Below, in pieces: positions 47,719 through 60,100 of a stretch of DNA of 64,000 nt (the stretch's first letter is position 1; each line of letters starts with the position of its first letter). The stretch is from NCBI GenBank assembly GCA_964406405.1, contig CAYORN010000004.1, positions 1 through 64,000 on the forward strand. Reading direction: 5' to 3'. The notes beneath the pieces were generated by a model. That model was not told where the DNA came from. It saw nothing but the letters and a program-made list of their open reading frames with translations, and made no database searches. Source of the DNA: an uncultured Alphaproteobacteria bacterium. GTDB lineage: Bacteria; Electryoneota; RPQS01. The translations under genes and the position numbers were made by a program.

Positions 47719-48521
47719 ACTTCGGCCCCTTTGCCCTGCATAGCTACGGCCTCGCGATGGCCGTGGCATTTGGCTTGGGCATCTGGGTCGCGATGAAACG
47801 GGCGGAGGCGCGCGGCATCGGCGGCAAATATGCGCTCGATCTCGCCGTGCTGATTCTCATCTTCTCGCTCATCGGCGCGCGCGCGGCCTACGTCGTCACG
47901 CATTGGCACGAGTTCGCCGATCATCCGCTTGATGTGATCTCGCCCGTGCAGCACACCGGGCAGATCGGCATCGCCGGATTGGTATTGCTTGGTGGCGTGA
48001 TTGCCGGGTTCGCCACCGCTTGGGTTTATTCGCGGCGCAAACAGATTCCATTTCTGGTCACGACGGATCTCTTCGTGCCCTCGCTTGCCTTGGGAATCGC
48101 CATCGGCCGCATCGGCTGTTTCTTTAACGGCTGCTGTTTCGGTTTGCCGTCCGATCTGCCATGGGCCTGCACGTTTCCGTCGTACAGTTTGGCCGGTGAT
48201 GTCTTCTCCGGCGTACACGTGCATCCGACGCAGCTCTACGAAACGATCTACATGCTGCTGGTGTTTGCGTATTTGCTCCTTCGTGATCGCAAACCGCGCC
48301 CGCGCGGCGAGCTGACCGGCTGGTTTCTGTTGCTCTACGGCGTGGGCCGCTTCTTGATCGAGATGCTGCGCTGGTACGAGAGTGAGATGATCATGATCTC
48401 GTCGCCGCGATTCACATTGTCGCAGCTCATCTCCGCGGCGATGGCCGTCACGGGCGCGGCCCTTATCCTCTGGGCCAGAAAATCGGCAGCCGTGGTGACG
48501 CTGAGGACCAGTGAGCCGTGA
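47700..48521 (+). CDS. lgt: prolipoprotein diacylglyceryl transferase
   Basis: MHPILIDFGPFALHSYGLAMAVAFGLGIW...; 7-TM Lgt architecture; 19-nt overlap with upstream gene. Confidence 0.85.
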   Translation: MHPILIDFGPFALHSYGLAMAVAFGLGIWVAMKRAEARGIGGKYALDLAVLILIFSLIGARAAYVVTHWHEFADHPLDVISPVQHTGQIGIAGLVLLGGVIAGFATAWVYSRRKQIPFLVTTDLFVPSLALGIAIGRIGCFFNGCCFGLPSDLPWACTFPSYSLAGDVFSGVHVHPTQLYETIYMLLVFAYLLLRDRKPRPRGELTGWFLLLYGVGRFLIEMLRWYESEMIMISSPRFTLSQLISAAMAVTGAALILWARKSAAVVTLRTSEP

Positions 48522-49138
48522 GCCTTTTCGTCACCTTTGAGGGTCTTGACGGTTCCGGCAAGACTACGCAAGTTCAACGCACGGCCACGTGGCTGGCGGA
48601 ACAAGGTTACGACGTGCTCGTTAAACGAGAGCCGGGCGGAACGGAGCTGGGCGAGGCGATTCGCGACATCCTGCTCGATCACCGCTGGAGCGGCATGACG
48701 CCGCGCGCGGAATACCTGCTCTATTCGGCCTCTCGCGCGCAGCTGGTGGAAGAAGTCATTAAGCCGCACCTCGACAAGCCTAAGGCCATCATGATCCTCG
48801 ACCGCTACCACGATTCGTCCTCAGCGTATCAAGGCGGCGGACGGGAACTGGGACTGGATACGGTCGAAGAGATTAGCCGCTTCGCCACCGACATGATAGT
48901 TCCCGCGTTGACGTTTTTCCTCGATGTGGAATGGGCGACCTGTCAATCGCGGCGCGAGAAAGCCAAAAGCGGCGATGATCGGCTGGAGAGCAACGCTCGC
49001 GAGTTTTTCGAGCGCAGCCGTGCCGCCTATCTGGAACTCTACGAACGGCATCCCGAACGCATCGTGCGGATTGACGCTGCGAAGAGCGAGGAAGAGGTGT
49101 TTGTGGAGATCCAGCAGGAGTTGTCACGACGACTTTGA
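48518..49138 (+). CDS. tmk: thymidylate kinase
   Basis: MSLFVTFEGLDGSGKTTQ (P-loop) ...REPGGT..GE.IR; 4-nt overlap with lgt. Confidence 0.9.
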   Translation: MSLFVTFEGLDGSGKTTQVQRTATWLAEQGYDVLVKREPGGTELGEAIRDILLDHRWSGMTPRAEYLLYSASRAQLVEEVIKPHLDKPKAIMILDRYHDSSSAYQGGGRELGLDTVEEISRFATDMIVPALTFFLDVEWATCQSRREKAKSGDDRLESNAREFFERSRAAYLELYERHPERIVRIDAAKSEEEVFVEIQQELSRRL

Positions 49139-49221
49139 CGTCGCCGAGAGAGCGGAACTTTGAGGCGGCGTCATTTCGGCGCTATCAAGAGACATGATTT
49201 TACTCTGATCCAAGGATAGAA

Positions 49222-50895
49222 ATGAAAACGCGTTTTCTGATTCTCGTGCTCAGTTTGGCGATTGCCGTTCCCGCGGTTGCCGCGAAACCTTCTTCACAGG
49301 ACACCCTGTACGAGCAGATCCGCCACAATATCGGCCTGTTCGGCGACGTGTATCGCGAGATCAGCTTGAAATATGTGGACGCCGTTGATCCCGAAAAGTT
49401 CATTCGCGCCGGGATTGACGGCATGCTCTCCACGCTCGATCCCTATACCGTCTTCATGGACGAAGAGGGAACGGAGGACCTCGACCTGATCACCTCCGGT
49501 CGTTACGGCGGCGTCGGCTTGGAAATCGGCGTGCGCGGCAAGGACAAGGTGCTCACGGTGATTTCCGCGATGGACGACTCTCCGGCGCAGCACGTCGGGA
49601 TGCGCAGCGGCGACCGCATCATGGCGATTGACTCGCACAACGTCGTCGGCGCAAGCACAGCCGAAGCGGCCAAGCTCTTGCGCGGTCCCGCCGGCACGCA
49701 GGTAAAGGTCAGCGTCGAGCGCAGCGGCTCTTCGGAGCTCATCGAGTTCGTAATCACGCGCCGCGAAATTGATATCAAGGACGTGCCTTACGCCGGATTC
49801 GTGAAGCCGGGCGTGGGCTATGTGAAGTTCGCGCACTTCTCCCGCCGTGCGGCGGAGGATCTCGACGATGCTCTGAATAAACTGAAGAGCGAAGGGATGC
49901 AGGCGCTGATCTTCGATCTGCGCGGCAATCCGGGCGGGCTTCTGAGTTCCGCCGTCGGGGTGGCGCAGCGTTTCTGCAAGAAAGATGATGTTGTGGTGTC
50001 GGTGCGCGGGCGCAGCGACGAGAGCGTACAAGTCTTCAGGCTGCCCAACGATCCGCTGGCCGGAGATATTCCGCTGGTGCTGCTCGTGGACGGCGGCAGC
50101 GCGTCGGCAGCGGAGATCGTTGCCGGGGCCATTCAGGATTTGGATCGCGGCGTGATTGTCGGCGAACCCACGTTTGGCAAAGGCCTCGTGCAATCGGTTG
50201 TGGCGTTTGAAACCGGCGAGGCGCTGAAGATCACTACGGCCAAGTATTTTACGCCGTCAGGCCGCTTGATTCAGAAGGTTGACTACTTTCACGATAATCA
50301 GGACGTCGTCGTCACTCCGCAGAAAGAGGTTAGCGAGCACTTCTTCACGCGCAATCGGCGGCCCGTGGAAGGCGGCGGCGGAATCACGCCGGACATTGTC
50401 GTTCCCTCTCCGAAGCCCGGGCCGCTGGGGACTGAGCTGTGGCGGCAGGGTTCGTTCTTCGATTTCGTGAATGATTTCCGCACGAAGCACCCGAACCTGA
50501 CCACCAACAAACTTGACGATGCCTCCATCAGCGAGTTCCAGGCGTGGCTGGAGAAGACAAGTTTCCGGTACGATGTGGACGGTCAATCAGAGTTGGATCA
50601 ATTGCGAACAATGGCGAGCGAAGCGGGTTTGGCCGATAGCGCCGCCGCTGATTTGGCGCATCTTGAGCATGTCCTGGATCTCCGTCGCCTGAAGGATTTC
50701 GCGGAGGAGAAAGGGTTCATTCGCACGAGCCTCGAGCGGGAGCTTGCCGTGAGCCTATGGGGATCCAGCGCACGGATCGAGGCTGGCTTCGATGACGATC
50801 AGCAGATTCAGAAAGCGCTCGACGTCCTGGCCAGTAGGCAGGAATACAAGCAACTCTTGGCGGTGGAGGACTCCAATCGCCCCGAACGACGCTGA
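49222..50895 (+). CDS. ctp: S41-family carboxyl-terminal processing protease with PDZ domain
   Basis: PDZ (GLEIGVRGKDKVLTVISAMDDSPAQHVGMRSGDRIMAID) and S41 core (LIFDLRGNPGGLLSSAV.., ..PTFGKGLVQS). Confidence 0.85.
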   Translation: MKTRFLILVLSLAIAVPAVAAKPSSQDTLYEQIRHNIGLFGDVYREISLKYVDAVDPEKFIRAGIDGMLSTLDPYTVFMDEEGTEDLDLITSGRYGGVGLEIGVRGKDKVLTVISAMDDSPAQHVGMRSGDRIMAIDSHNVVGASTAEAAKLLRGPAGTQVKVSVERSGSSELIEFVITRREIDIKDVPYAGFVKPGVGYVKFAHFSRRAAEDLDDALNKLKSEGMQALIFDLRGNPGGLLSSAVGVAQRFCKKDDVVVSVRGRSDESVQVFRLPNDPLAGDIPLVLLVDGGSASAAEIVAGAIQDLDRGVIVGEPTFGKGLVQSVVAFETGEALKITTAKYFTPSGRLIQKVDYFHDNQDVVVTPQKEVSEHFFTRNRRPVEGGGGITPDIVVPSPKPGPLGTELWRQGSFFDFVNDFRTKHPNLTTNKLDDASISEFQAWLEKTSFRYDVDGQSELDQLRTMASEAGLADSAAADLAHLEHVLDLRRLKDFAEEKGFIRTSLERELAVSLWGSSARIEAGFDDDQQIQKALDVLASRQEYKQLLAVEDSNRPERR

Positions 50896-50917
50896 AACTT
50901 CTCCAACACACTTGACC

Positions 50918-52546
50918 ATGATATCGCGCCTGGCGCTCATATTCTTGTTGCTCACGCCGATGTTTCGAGCTCTGGCCGCAGACCGGCTACCCTCGCATCT
51001 GCTCATGGAGTTTTCCGATGCGGCAGCGAGCGAGGCGCGGACGGGGAGTGCCCTACCGGCGGCCATCGCGCAACTGGATCTGCGTCATCCTGAACTGGTT
51101 CCGGTCTTCAAGGAGCCGCGCGAGCCCGACAAGCGCAGCCAGTGGTACGACTTGCATATGAACCGCTGGTTCCGGCTCAAATTCATAGGTGAAACGGCTG
51201 AAGCGCTGGCGGCGCGAGCCATGATCAATGCGGATCTTCGACAGATTATCGTGAGCGAGCCTCAGGAGCTTGAGATCTTGCCGAATGATCTCGCCAACTA
51301 CGACATGTGGGGGTTGACCAAGATGAGTTGCCCTGCTGCGTGGGACCGGCAGCACGGCAACGCACCGATTCTCGTCACCACCATTGATACCGGCTGCAAG
51401 ATCACGCATCCGGATCTGGCGGCCAACATGTTCATCAATCCGGCGGAAGACGTCAACGGCAACGGAGTCTGGGATTCGTCCGATGTGAACGGGCTGGACG
51501 AAGACATGAACGGCTACATTGACGACCTGATCGGTTGGGATTTTGTCACCGCTGACGTGGACCCGACTCAGCAAGCGGTGGGCGAAGACTACGCGCCGTG
51601 GGATAATCAGGTCTTCCCCGACATTCACGGTCACGGCACGCATGTGATGGGGACGGCGGCAGGCGTGACGGACAATGCCACCGGTGTTGCCGCGGCCTCG
51701 TGGAATGTCAGAGCCCTTCCGCTGCGGGCTGGGTTTGCCTGGATTAATTCCTCGGGACAACTGCGCGGCTCCGGCTACGAAGAAGACTTTGCCGCCGCGG
51801 TGCAATACGCCGCAGACATGGGCGTGCGCGTGATCAGCATTTCCTTCGGCGGCGGCACCAGCAACCCGATGTATGAGGTGGTGATCAATTACGCGCGGAT
51901 GAATAACGTCCTGATCTTCGGCGCCGCCGGCAACAGCAACAATTCGCAGCGCACCTACCCCGGCGCATATGACAGCGTGGTTGCCGTGGCCGCGACTGAC
52001 CGCAGCGATCTCAAGGCGTCCTTCTCAAGTTTCGGAACGTGGGTAGATCTCAGTGCACCGGGGGTGAGTATTTGCAGCACTCTTCCCAACAGCACGTACA
52101 CTCCCTATGACTATGGCTGCTGGAGCGGGACCTCCATGGCTACTCCCAACGCCGCGGCGGTGGCCGGGCTACTGCTCAGCTACCTCTCCACGCTCACCGC
52201 AACGCAGGCGATCAACTATCTGCAAGCCGGTTCTGACAACATCTACGGACTCAATCCCACATACACCGGTCTTTTGGGTTCGGGCCGGGTCAATGCCGCC
52301 AATACGCTCGCCTTGGCTTGCGCGGAATCGGTTCCTGCCGCTCCGGTCGTTGTCGCGGAAGTGATCGGCGGTGATTCGCTGCGCCTCTCGTGGTCTCAGG
52401 TCCGTTGCGCTTCACAGTACGTTGTCGAATTCGCCAACCAGAGTGACGGCGCATTTTTTCCCCTGACCACGACGCCCGACACGACCGTTACGGATCCGAC
52501 CAGTGGAGCTGCACAGCGCTTTTATCGCGTCTCCGCCGTCCAGTAA
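50918..52546 (+). CDS. S8-family subtilisin-like serine peptidase with C-terminal Fn3-like domain
   Basis: catalytic triad contexts ..TIDTGC.., HGHGTHVMGTAAG, GTSMATP; start set at signal peptide MISRLALIFLLLTPMFRALAA; C-terminal ..PLTTTPDTTVT...RFYRVSAVQ. Confidence 0.85.
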   Translation: MISRLALIFLLLTPMFRALAADRLPSHLLMEFSDAAASEARTGSALPAAIAQLDLRHPELVPVFKEPREPDKRSQWYDLHMNRWFRLKFIGETAEALAARAMINADLRQIIVSEPQELEILPNDLANYDMWGLTKMSCPAAWDRQHGNAPILVTTIDTGCKITHPDLAANMFINPAEDVNGNGVWDSSDVNGLDEDMNGYIDDLIGWDFVTADVDPTQQAVGEDYAPWDNQVFPDIHGHGTHVMGTAAGVTDNATGVAAASWNVRALPLRAGFAWINSSGQLRGSGYEEDFAAAVQYAADMGVRVISISFGGGTSNPMYEVVINYARMNNVLIFGAAGNSNNSQRTYPGAYDSVVAVAATDRSDLKASFSSFGTWVDLSAPGVSICSTLPNSTYTPYDYGCWSGTSMATPNAAAVAGLLLSYLSTLTATQAINYLQAGSDNIYGLNPTYTGLLGSGRVNAANTLALACAESVPAAPVVVAEVIGGDSLRLSWSQVRCASQYVVEFANQSDGAFFPLTTTPDTTVTDPTSGAAQRFYRVSAVQ

Positions 52547-52591
52547 CCGCTCTCGTCTCTCGAATGTCTCATACCATCTTTCTTCTTCAAA

Positions 52592-53476
52592 ATGCCTGAA
52601 ACCATAATTCAAAGTCATCTCGACCTGAAGCTCCTGCGCCGCGGCAAGGTGCGTGATATCTACGAGCTTGACGAACGTCATCTCGTCATCGTCACGTCGG
52701 ACCGCCTGTCGGCCTTCGACGTGGTGCTGCCCACGCCGATTCCCGGCAAAGGAGCGGTGCTGACGAAGCTCACGCGCTTCTGGATGGACAAGCTCAAGCA
52801 CGTCGTCAAAAACCACTTGACGCAGGACAGCGGGCACCGCAAGCTGAGTGAGGAACTTGCGGCGTCGCAGCCGGGTTTGAGTCCGGATCAGATCGAAGTC
52901 GTGCGCCGGGCGAAAGTCATTCCGGTCGAATGCGTGGTGCGCGGCTATCTGGCGGGGTCGGGGTGGAAGGATTATCAGCGGACGGGCGAAGTGTGCAGCA
53001 TCAAGCTTCCCGCCGGCATGCAGCAATCCGAGCAGTTGCCAGAACCTCTGTTCACACCTTCCACCAAGGCGGACGAAGGGCACGATGAAAACATATCGTT
53101 CGCCGAAGCCGCGAAGCGAGTCGGGCGAGAGACTGCGGAGAGACTTCAGGATTTGTCCGTGAAGCTCTACCTCGCCGGACGTGAACATGCGCGTCAGCGC
53201 GGCATTATCATCGCCGACACGAAGTTCGAGTTCGGCATGGTTGACGGTGAGATCTGTGTCGTGGATGAGGTGCTGACGCCGGACAGCTCCCGTTTCTGGC
53301 CCGCCGATCTGTATGCGCCCGGGCGCGACCAGCCCAGCTTCGATAAGCAGATCGTGCGGAACTACCTGACCCGAATCGGCTGGGACAAAACTCCTCCCGG
53401 ACCGGAACTGCCGCCCGACATCATGGCCCAAACGGCCAAGGCCTACCACGAAATCTACGAGCGCTTAACTCGTTAG
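52592..53476 (+). CDS. purC: phosphoribosylaminoimidazole-succinocarboxamide synthase
   Basis: ..LRRGKVRDIYELDERHLVIVTSDRLSAFDVVLPTPIPGKGAVLT.. (SAICAR synthetase long form). Confidence 0.9.
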   Translation: MPETIIQSHLDLKLLRRGKVRDIYELDERHLVIVTSDRLSAFDVVLPTPIPGKGAVLTKLTRFWMDKLKHVVKNHLTQDSGHRKLSEELAASQPGLSPDQIEVVRRAKVIPVECVVRGYLAGSGWKDYQRTGEVCSIKLPAGMQQSEQLPEPLFTPSTKADEGHDENISFAEAAKRVGRETAERLQDLSVKLYLAGREHARQRGIIIADTKFEFGMVDGEICVVDEVLTPDSSRFWPADLYAPGRDQPSFDKQIVRNYLTRIGWDKTPPGPELPPDIMAQTAKAYHEIYERLTR

Positions 53477-53496
53477 CAGTCCGACCTGCATAAAGG

Positions 53497-53528
53497 GAGT
53501 CACGACACACGTCGTGACTTTTTTTTGC
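53497..53528 (+). terminator. Rho-independent terminator after purC (AGTCACGAC-acac-GTCGTGACT then TTTTTTTT)
   Basis: 9-bp stem, T8 tract, 20 nt after the purC stop. Confidence 0.8.
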
Positions 53529-54117
53529 GCTGAGCTTATCCGGCTTGGTTCAGGAAAAGCGCGGGGGAGAGAAATAATTCACATTCTCGGCGGCAATCGG
53601 CAAAGCGTGGAAATACCAGCCCAGCATCAGCGGCAGAAACGGACGATCGCCGCGAATATGATCTGATGACGAGGATTTAACGCGGGTTGTTGAGCAACGC
53701 GCGCAATTGAAGACGCACAGCGAGAGGGATGCCTCGCAAAGTGCGTCTTTTTTTTCGCATCACCACCGGTCAATCGCTTCCCCGGATCGCAATAAGCTGG
53801 GAAGTTCGACGCGGATGCTCCCGATAGATCTCGTTCCAGTGCGCTCATTTTGTCGCACCACACCATGCCGCGTCACGATTTACATGATTATTCGCTTAGG
53901 TCCGGACTCCTTAATATGTACCGGATAAGTCACATTAAAGTTCTGGCAGAAGTGTAAAGAATGTTTCGCAATTATCATATGTCGCCCCTATGCTCGCTAT
54001 ATTAATTGTTATAGCACGGCGGTATCAGAAGAATGATGACAGGTCTTGCGAGGTGTATTGGTCTGATGCTTGCCCATGGATATGCTGAGACCCCACGTAT
54101 TGATGTAATGATGCCAG

Positions 54118-57100
54118 ATGCCAGGATTCCGCAAGTTTTCGTGTTCCCAGCAAGTTAGTGCCTATACTGCCCTACTGACGGCGGCATTGTACCTTGCATT
54201 TCTCCCGTTGTTCCCACGCAACGTGTTGCGGGCCTCAGACTTAGCGCTGGGGTCAAGCTACACGGTCATTCAATTGGACTCCGTCTTCCGGACCCGCTAC
54301 AACACGGACGAAAACCCGTACAAAGGCTCCGGCTGGAAGGCGTTTCAACGTTTCAGCTGGTTTTACACGCAGCGCGCCTATCCTGAGGCGGATATTCCCG
54401 CCGGAGCACGGATGCAGGCGTGGGAAGAAAAACAGCAGGCGCGCCACAACTCGCCCTTGGATGAAAATTGGAGTGCGATCGGCCCGAACAATTTGGCCGG
54501 TCGCATTCTTTGTTTGGCGTGGCACCCTACCGATGCCAACACGATCTATGCCGGGACGGCGTCCGGCGGCTTGTGGAAAACGGTGGACGGTGGAGCTAAT
54601 TGGCTCCCGCTTACGGATGACCTCCCCAGTCTCGCCGTGGGCGCCGTAGCTCTCGAGCCGGGCAACCCGAATGTAATTTACATCGGCACGGGCGAGGGAT
54701 CGTTCAATGCGGATGCTGTCTATGGCGCCGGAATCTTCAAATCCACCGACGGCGGGACAACGTGGAGCCCGACAGGTCTCTCGTGGACGCAGTCGCAGAG
54801 CCGCGCGATCAACAAGATCGTGATCAATCCGTCGAACCCGCAGATCATCTACGCCGCCTGCAATCGCGTGGTCGGCGGAATTTTCAAGAGCGTCAATGGT
54901 GGGACCACATGGACGCAATATCACGCCGGTGACGTCAAAGACCTGATTATTCATCCCGACTCGCTCAATATTCTCTACTGCGTCTCCGGTGACCCGTGGG
55001 GCAATGCGCAGAACGGCATTTTCCGTTCAGCGGACTCCGGCGTCACGTGGACGCGTTTGAGCAGCGGCCTTCCCGCCGCCACCAGCATGGGTCGCGCGCA
55101 GCTTTCGATGGCGCCGTCCAACCATCAGACGCTGTATGTGGGTATTTCGCAGACCATCTCTGCCGGTGCCGGATTGCTCGGAATCTACAAGACGGCGAAT
55201 GCCGGTGCTTCGTGGACGCTGCAAGCCAACACGCCGAACTTTTACTCGGGCCAGGGCTGGTACAATCTCGTGATCGCCGTGCATCCGACGAATGCGGCGG
55301 TGGTGTATTCCTCCGGTCTGGACTGCTACAAGTCCACCGACTCCGGCGTTACCTGGACGCGCAAGAGCGTGTGGTCCTATCCTCCCGGCAACGCGCAATA
55401 CGCTCACGCCGATCACCACGAATTGATCTTCAAGCCGGGCGACCCGAATACCATTCTGGTGGGGACGGACGGCGGTATTTACAAGTCCATCAACGGCGGC
55501 GATACGTGGGCCGGCTTGAACAATGGCTTAGTCTGCTATCAATTCTACGCCATGGGCAACGATGCCCTGAATGCTTCGACCTGTTACGGCGGAACGCAGG
55601 ACAACGGCACCAACAAATACACCGGTTCCAACACCTGGAGCTGGGTCATGTCCGGCGATGGCGGCTATTGCACGGTGGACTATACGAACTCCAACATTGT
55701 TTACGCGGAAATTCAGCGCGGCAGCCACTATAAGTCCACGAATGCCGGCTCGACGTGGTCTTACATTCAGACAGGAATCTCCGGCTACGGCGAATGGGTG
55801 ACTCCCGTGGCAATGGACCCGACTAACCCGAGTATCCTCTATACCGGTACGACTCAAGTTTACAAGACGACGAATGGTGGAGCGAGCTGGAGCGCAATTT
55901 CGTCGTCGTTCTCCTCCTACTACGTGAGCACGCTCGCGGTCGCTCCGTCCAACCCGCAGGTGATTTACGCCGGCATTGCCGGCGGCGGTCAGGTGTGGAA
56001 GACAACGAACGGCGGCACGAACTGGACAAGCATCACTACCGGCCTGCCGAATCGCTACGTCACGCGTGTGGCCGTACATCCCGCGGATCCGAACACGATC
56101 TATGTCACGTTTTCCGGTTATGCGAGCGGGCACGTCTGGAAGAGCACGAACGGCGGCAGCTCATGGACCAACGTTTCGACGGGGATTCCGGATATTCCGT
56201 GTAACGTCATCGCGATTGACGGCACGACTCCCAGCACGATGTATGTCGGCACGGACCTCGGCGTCTATCGTTCGACGGATGGCGGCGCGTCGTGGGCGGA
56301 TTACTCGATCGGTCTGCCGAACGTCGTTGTGGAGGACTTAGCGCTCCATCCTTCAACAGGCTCCTTGCGCGCGGCGACGCATGGCCGCGGCATGTGGGAA
56401 ACCTCCACCGGAGCGGCGCCCAGCATTACCGTGTTGACTCCGAATGGCGGCGACAGCTGGCCTACGGGCACGAATCAAGCGATTACGTGGACAACCGGCG
56501 GTTTGGGCGGCAACGTGCGGATTGAACTGAATCGCACCTTTCCGGGCGGTTCGTGGGAAGTATTGATCGCGTCCACGCCGAATGACGGCAGTTACACGTG
56601 GACAGTGGCCGGGACGGCAACGACCACCGCGCGCATGCGTGTGACGTCCGTCGAGACTCCTTCGGCAACGGACGTTTCCAACTCCGATTTCTCGATTACT
56701 CCTCCGGTGCTTACGCTGCTCCAGCCGAACGGCGGCGAAACCTATGTGCTCGGCACGGTGGATACGATTGCCTGGACCCTCACCGGCACCAGCGGCGCAG
56801 TTGTTGTGCAAATCAATCGCACGTATCCGTCCGCAAGCTGGGAGGCGATCACCACCACGTCGAGCCTGAGCACCCCGTACACGGTGTCCGGCACTCCGTC
56901 CAATACGGTTCGCGTGCGAGCGTATTTGCAGAGCACGCCGAGCGTCGGCGACACGAGCGCGGCCAATCTCTCGATTGTCGCTCCTGCGATCACCGTAAAT
57001 TGGCCCAATGGCGGCGAAACACTGACGCCCGGACAATCGGTCATGCTGCGTTGGACATCCGCCAATGTGACCGGAACGGTCAGGGTCGAGCTGAACCGCA

Positions 57101-60100
57101 CGTATCCCGGCGGAACGTGGGAGACCTTGAACGCCAATGTCACGATTGATAGCCTCGCTTGGGCGGTGGATCAATACGGCGGCAGCAGTGCCCGGATTCG
57201 TGTCACCTCGAATACCTATAGCGCAGCGACCGACGTTTCCAACGGCAACTTCACAATCTCAACTCCTTCGCTGACCGTGGTTACGCCGAATGGAGGCGAG
57301 GGCTGGAGTCTCGGTTCATCGCATTGGCTGCGTTGGATGCGATCGAACCTGAACGGTTTGGTCAACGTGTATTACAACCTCTCGTATCCGTCCGGTACGT
57401 GGCAGCCGGTGCAGCTCAACGTGGCGCTGGATTCGGTGCTCTGGGTCGTGCCGGGTCCGGCTTCCGGCGCAACACGCGTCCGCGTAACCTCAGTCAACGT
57501 GCCGACCTTATACGACGAGTCGGACGCGAACTTCTCGCTGGGCAGCGGCATCACGCTGATCTGGCCGAATGGTGGCGAGAATCTCAGTCTCACCGCTCCG
57601 GCTGCGATTTCATGGACGCGCGCCAACGCGCCTGGCAACGTCACGGTGCAGCTCAACCGCACCTACCCAATGGGCGTGTGGGAGCCGTTAACGACCACTG
57701 CCGCCGGCGACAGCCACACGTGGACTGTCAGTGGAGCAACTGCGACCGGCGCCCGCATCCGCGTGTTCCTTACCAGTAATCCTACGCTTGGCGATACCAG
57801 CGACGCGAGCTTCAACATCGTGAGTTCAGTGCTGGCCGTAACGAGTCCCAATGGCGGCGAGCTGTGGAACACTCATATGTACCAAGTCGTTCGCTGGACG
57901 CGCACAAACGTACCCGGCGATGTGACGGTCCTTTTGAATCGCAGTTACCCCTCCGGGACATGGGATACGTTGGCCGCCGCGGTCTCGGCGGATACCTTGC
58001 GATATTACGTGCCGGATTGGAATGTGGCGACTTCGACCGCACGGGCAAAAGTCGTGTGGAACGAGCAGCCGGTGATTAGCGACGCGAGCAACAGCAATTT
58101 CTCGATCGTGCCTCACCTCACGCTGCTCTATCCCAACGGCGGCGAAGTGTGGCCGATCGGAACGGCTCAAACTATCCGCTGGTCGCGTTCGAACTCTCCG
58201 GGCAACGTACGCATTCTCCTCACGCGCACGTGGCCGACGCTGACATGGACCACTCTGACAACAACGGCAGCGGCGGACTCGTTCCAATGGACACCGCCGT
58301 ACGCGCCGTCCGAGAATTGCCGAGTGGCGATTTACATGACCGACAACTACGGCTATACGGACACGAGTGCCGCCAATTTCGCAATTGCCAACACCAACTC
58401 GATCACGGTAACCTCGCCCAATGGCGGTGAGCAGTGGGCGGGGGGATCGTCACAGACGATCACCTTCGTACGCAGCAATGCCGCGGGCGCGGCGACGGTG
58501 CAGCTCAACCGCACGTATCCGAGCGGAACGTGGGAGAATCTGAACACCAACGTTACCACCAACAGTCTGAACTGGACGGTGAGCGGATCGGCCTCCTCCA
58601 ATGCGCGCGTGCGCGTGTTCCTCAATTCGACCCCGTCTTTACGCGATTCGTCCAATGCCGATTTCTCGATCAGCTCCACGGCCGCCAGTCTCGCCCTCAC
58701 CTCTCCGAATGGAGGTGAGACCTGGGTTACCGGCAGCACGCAAGTGGTGCGGTTTACCCGTACAAACGCCGCCGGAAATGTGGTCGTGCTCTTGAATCGC
58801 ACCTATCCGGGCGGAGTTTGGGAAACGCTGTCCTCCACGGTAACAACGGACACATTCGCTTGGAACGCCAGCGGCACCACCAGCTCGACCGCTCGCGTCC
58901 GTATCTATCTGGCCAGTAACGCCACCATTGCCGACACCAGCGCCGCAAACTTCTCGATCGTCACTCCGATGATCACTGTCGTCGGTCCCAATGGCGGCGA
59001 GTCGTGGACTCTTGGCTCCTCGCAGATGATCACGTTTACCCGCAGCAATGCCCCCGGCAATGCCACGGTTGAACTCAATCGCACTTATCCCTCCGGTGCA
59101 TGGGAATTGCTCAGTAATGCCGTCAGTAGCAGCAGCTATGCCTGGACAGTTAGCGGCACGACCAGCGCCACGGTGCGGACGCGTGTCTATCTCACGGCCA
59201 CGCCTGCGGTCGGCGACACGAGCAACGCCAATTTCTTCATCACCGGCACGCCTGCGTTGACGCTTACCGCGCCTAACGGCGGCGAAACCTGGGTGAACGG
59301 CTCGCCGCAAGTCGTACGATTTACCCGTTCCAATGCGGCCGGGAATGTTACCGTGCAGTTGAATCGCACCTATCCCAGCGCTACGTGGGATGTGCTGTCC
59401 ACCGCCGTCAGCGCCGACACGTTCGCCTGGACCGCCAGCGGAATTCCGTCCGTGTTTACACGCATCAGAGTGTTCCTGACCGCCAATGCCACGGTTGGCG
59501 ATACCAGCAACGCGAACTTCACCATCGCTGCTCCCACCATCACGGTCACCGCGCCCAATGGCGGTGAGACGTGGAGCTTGGGCAGCACACAAAGCGTCAC
59601 CTTCACGCGCAGCAACGCGAATGGCAATGCCACGGTTGAACTCAATCGCACGTATCCTTCCGGCACATGGGAATTGCTCAATAATGCCGTCAGCGGCAGC
59701 AGCTATTCATGGGTTGTCAGCGGCGCGACGTCATCAGCGGCTCGCATCCGCGTGTACTTGACCGGCGCTTCCAGCATCGGCGATACCAGCAACGCCGGAT
59801 TCACGATCAGCGGCATTCCGACGCTCACCATGACGGCGCCGAATGGCGGCGAAAGCTGGAATATCGGAACCTCGCAGACCATCAGCTTTACTCGCGCGAA
59901 TGCCGCCGGCACGGCCACGCTGGAACTCAACCGGAACTACCCCAGCGGCACGTGGGAACTCATCAGCAACAGCGTCGCCGGCAGCAGTGTCGCGTGGACA
60001 CCGACGGGTGCCGGTACCTCGACCGCGCGCATCCGCGTGTATTTGAACGCGACGCCTGAAGTCGGTGACACGTCGAACGCTAACTTCACATTGGTTGCGC

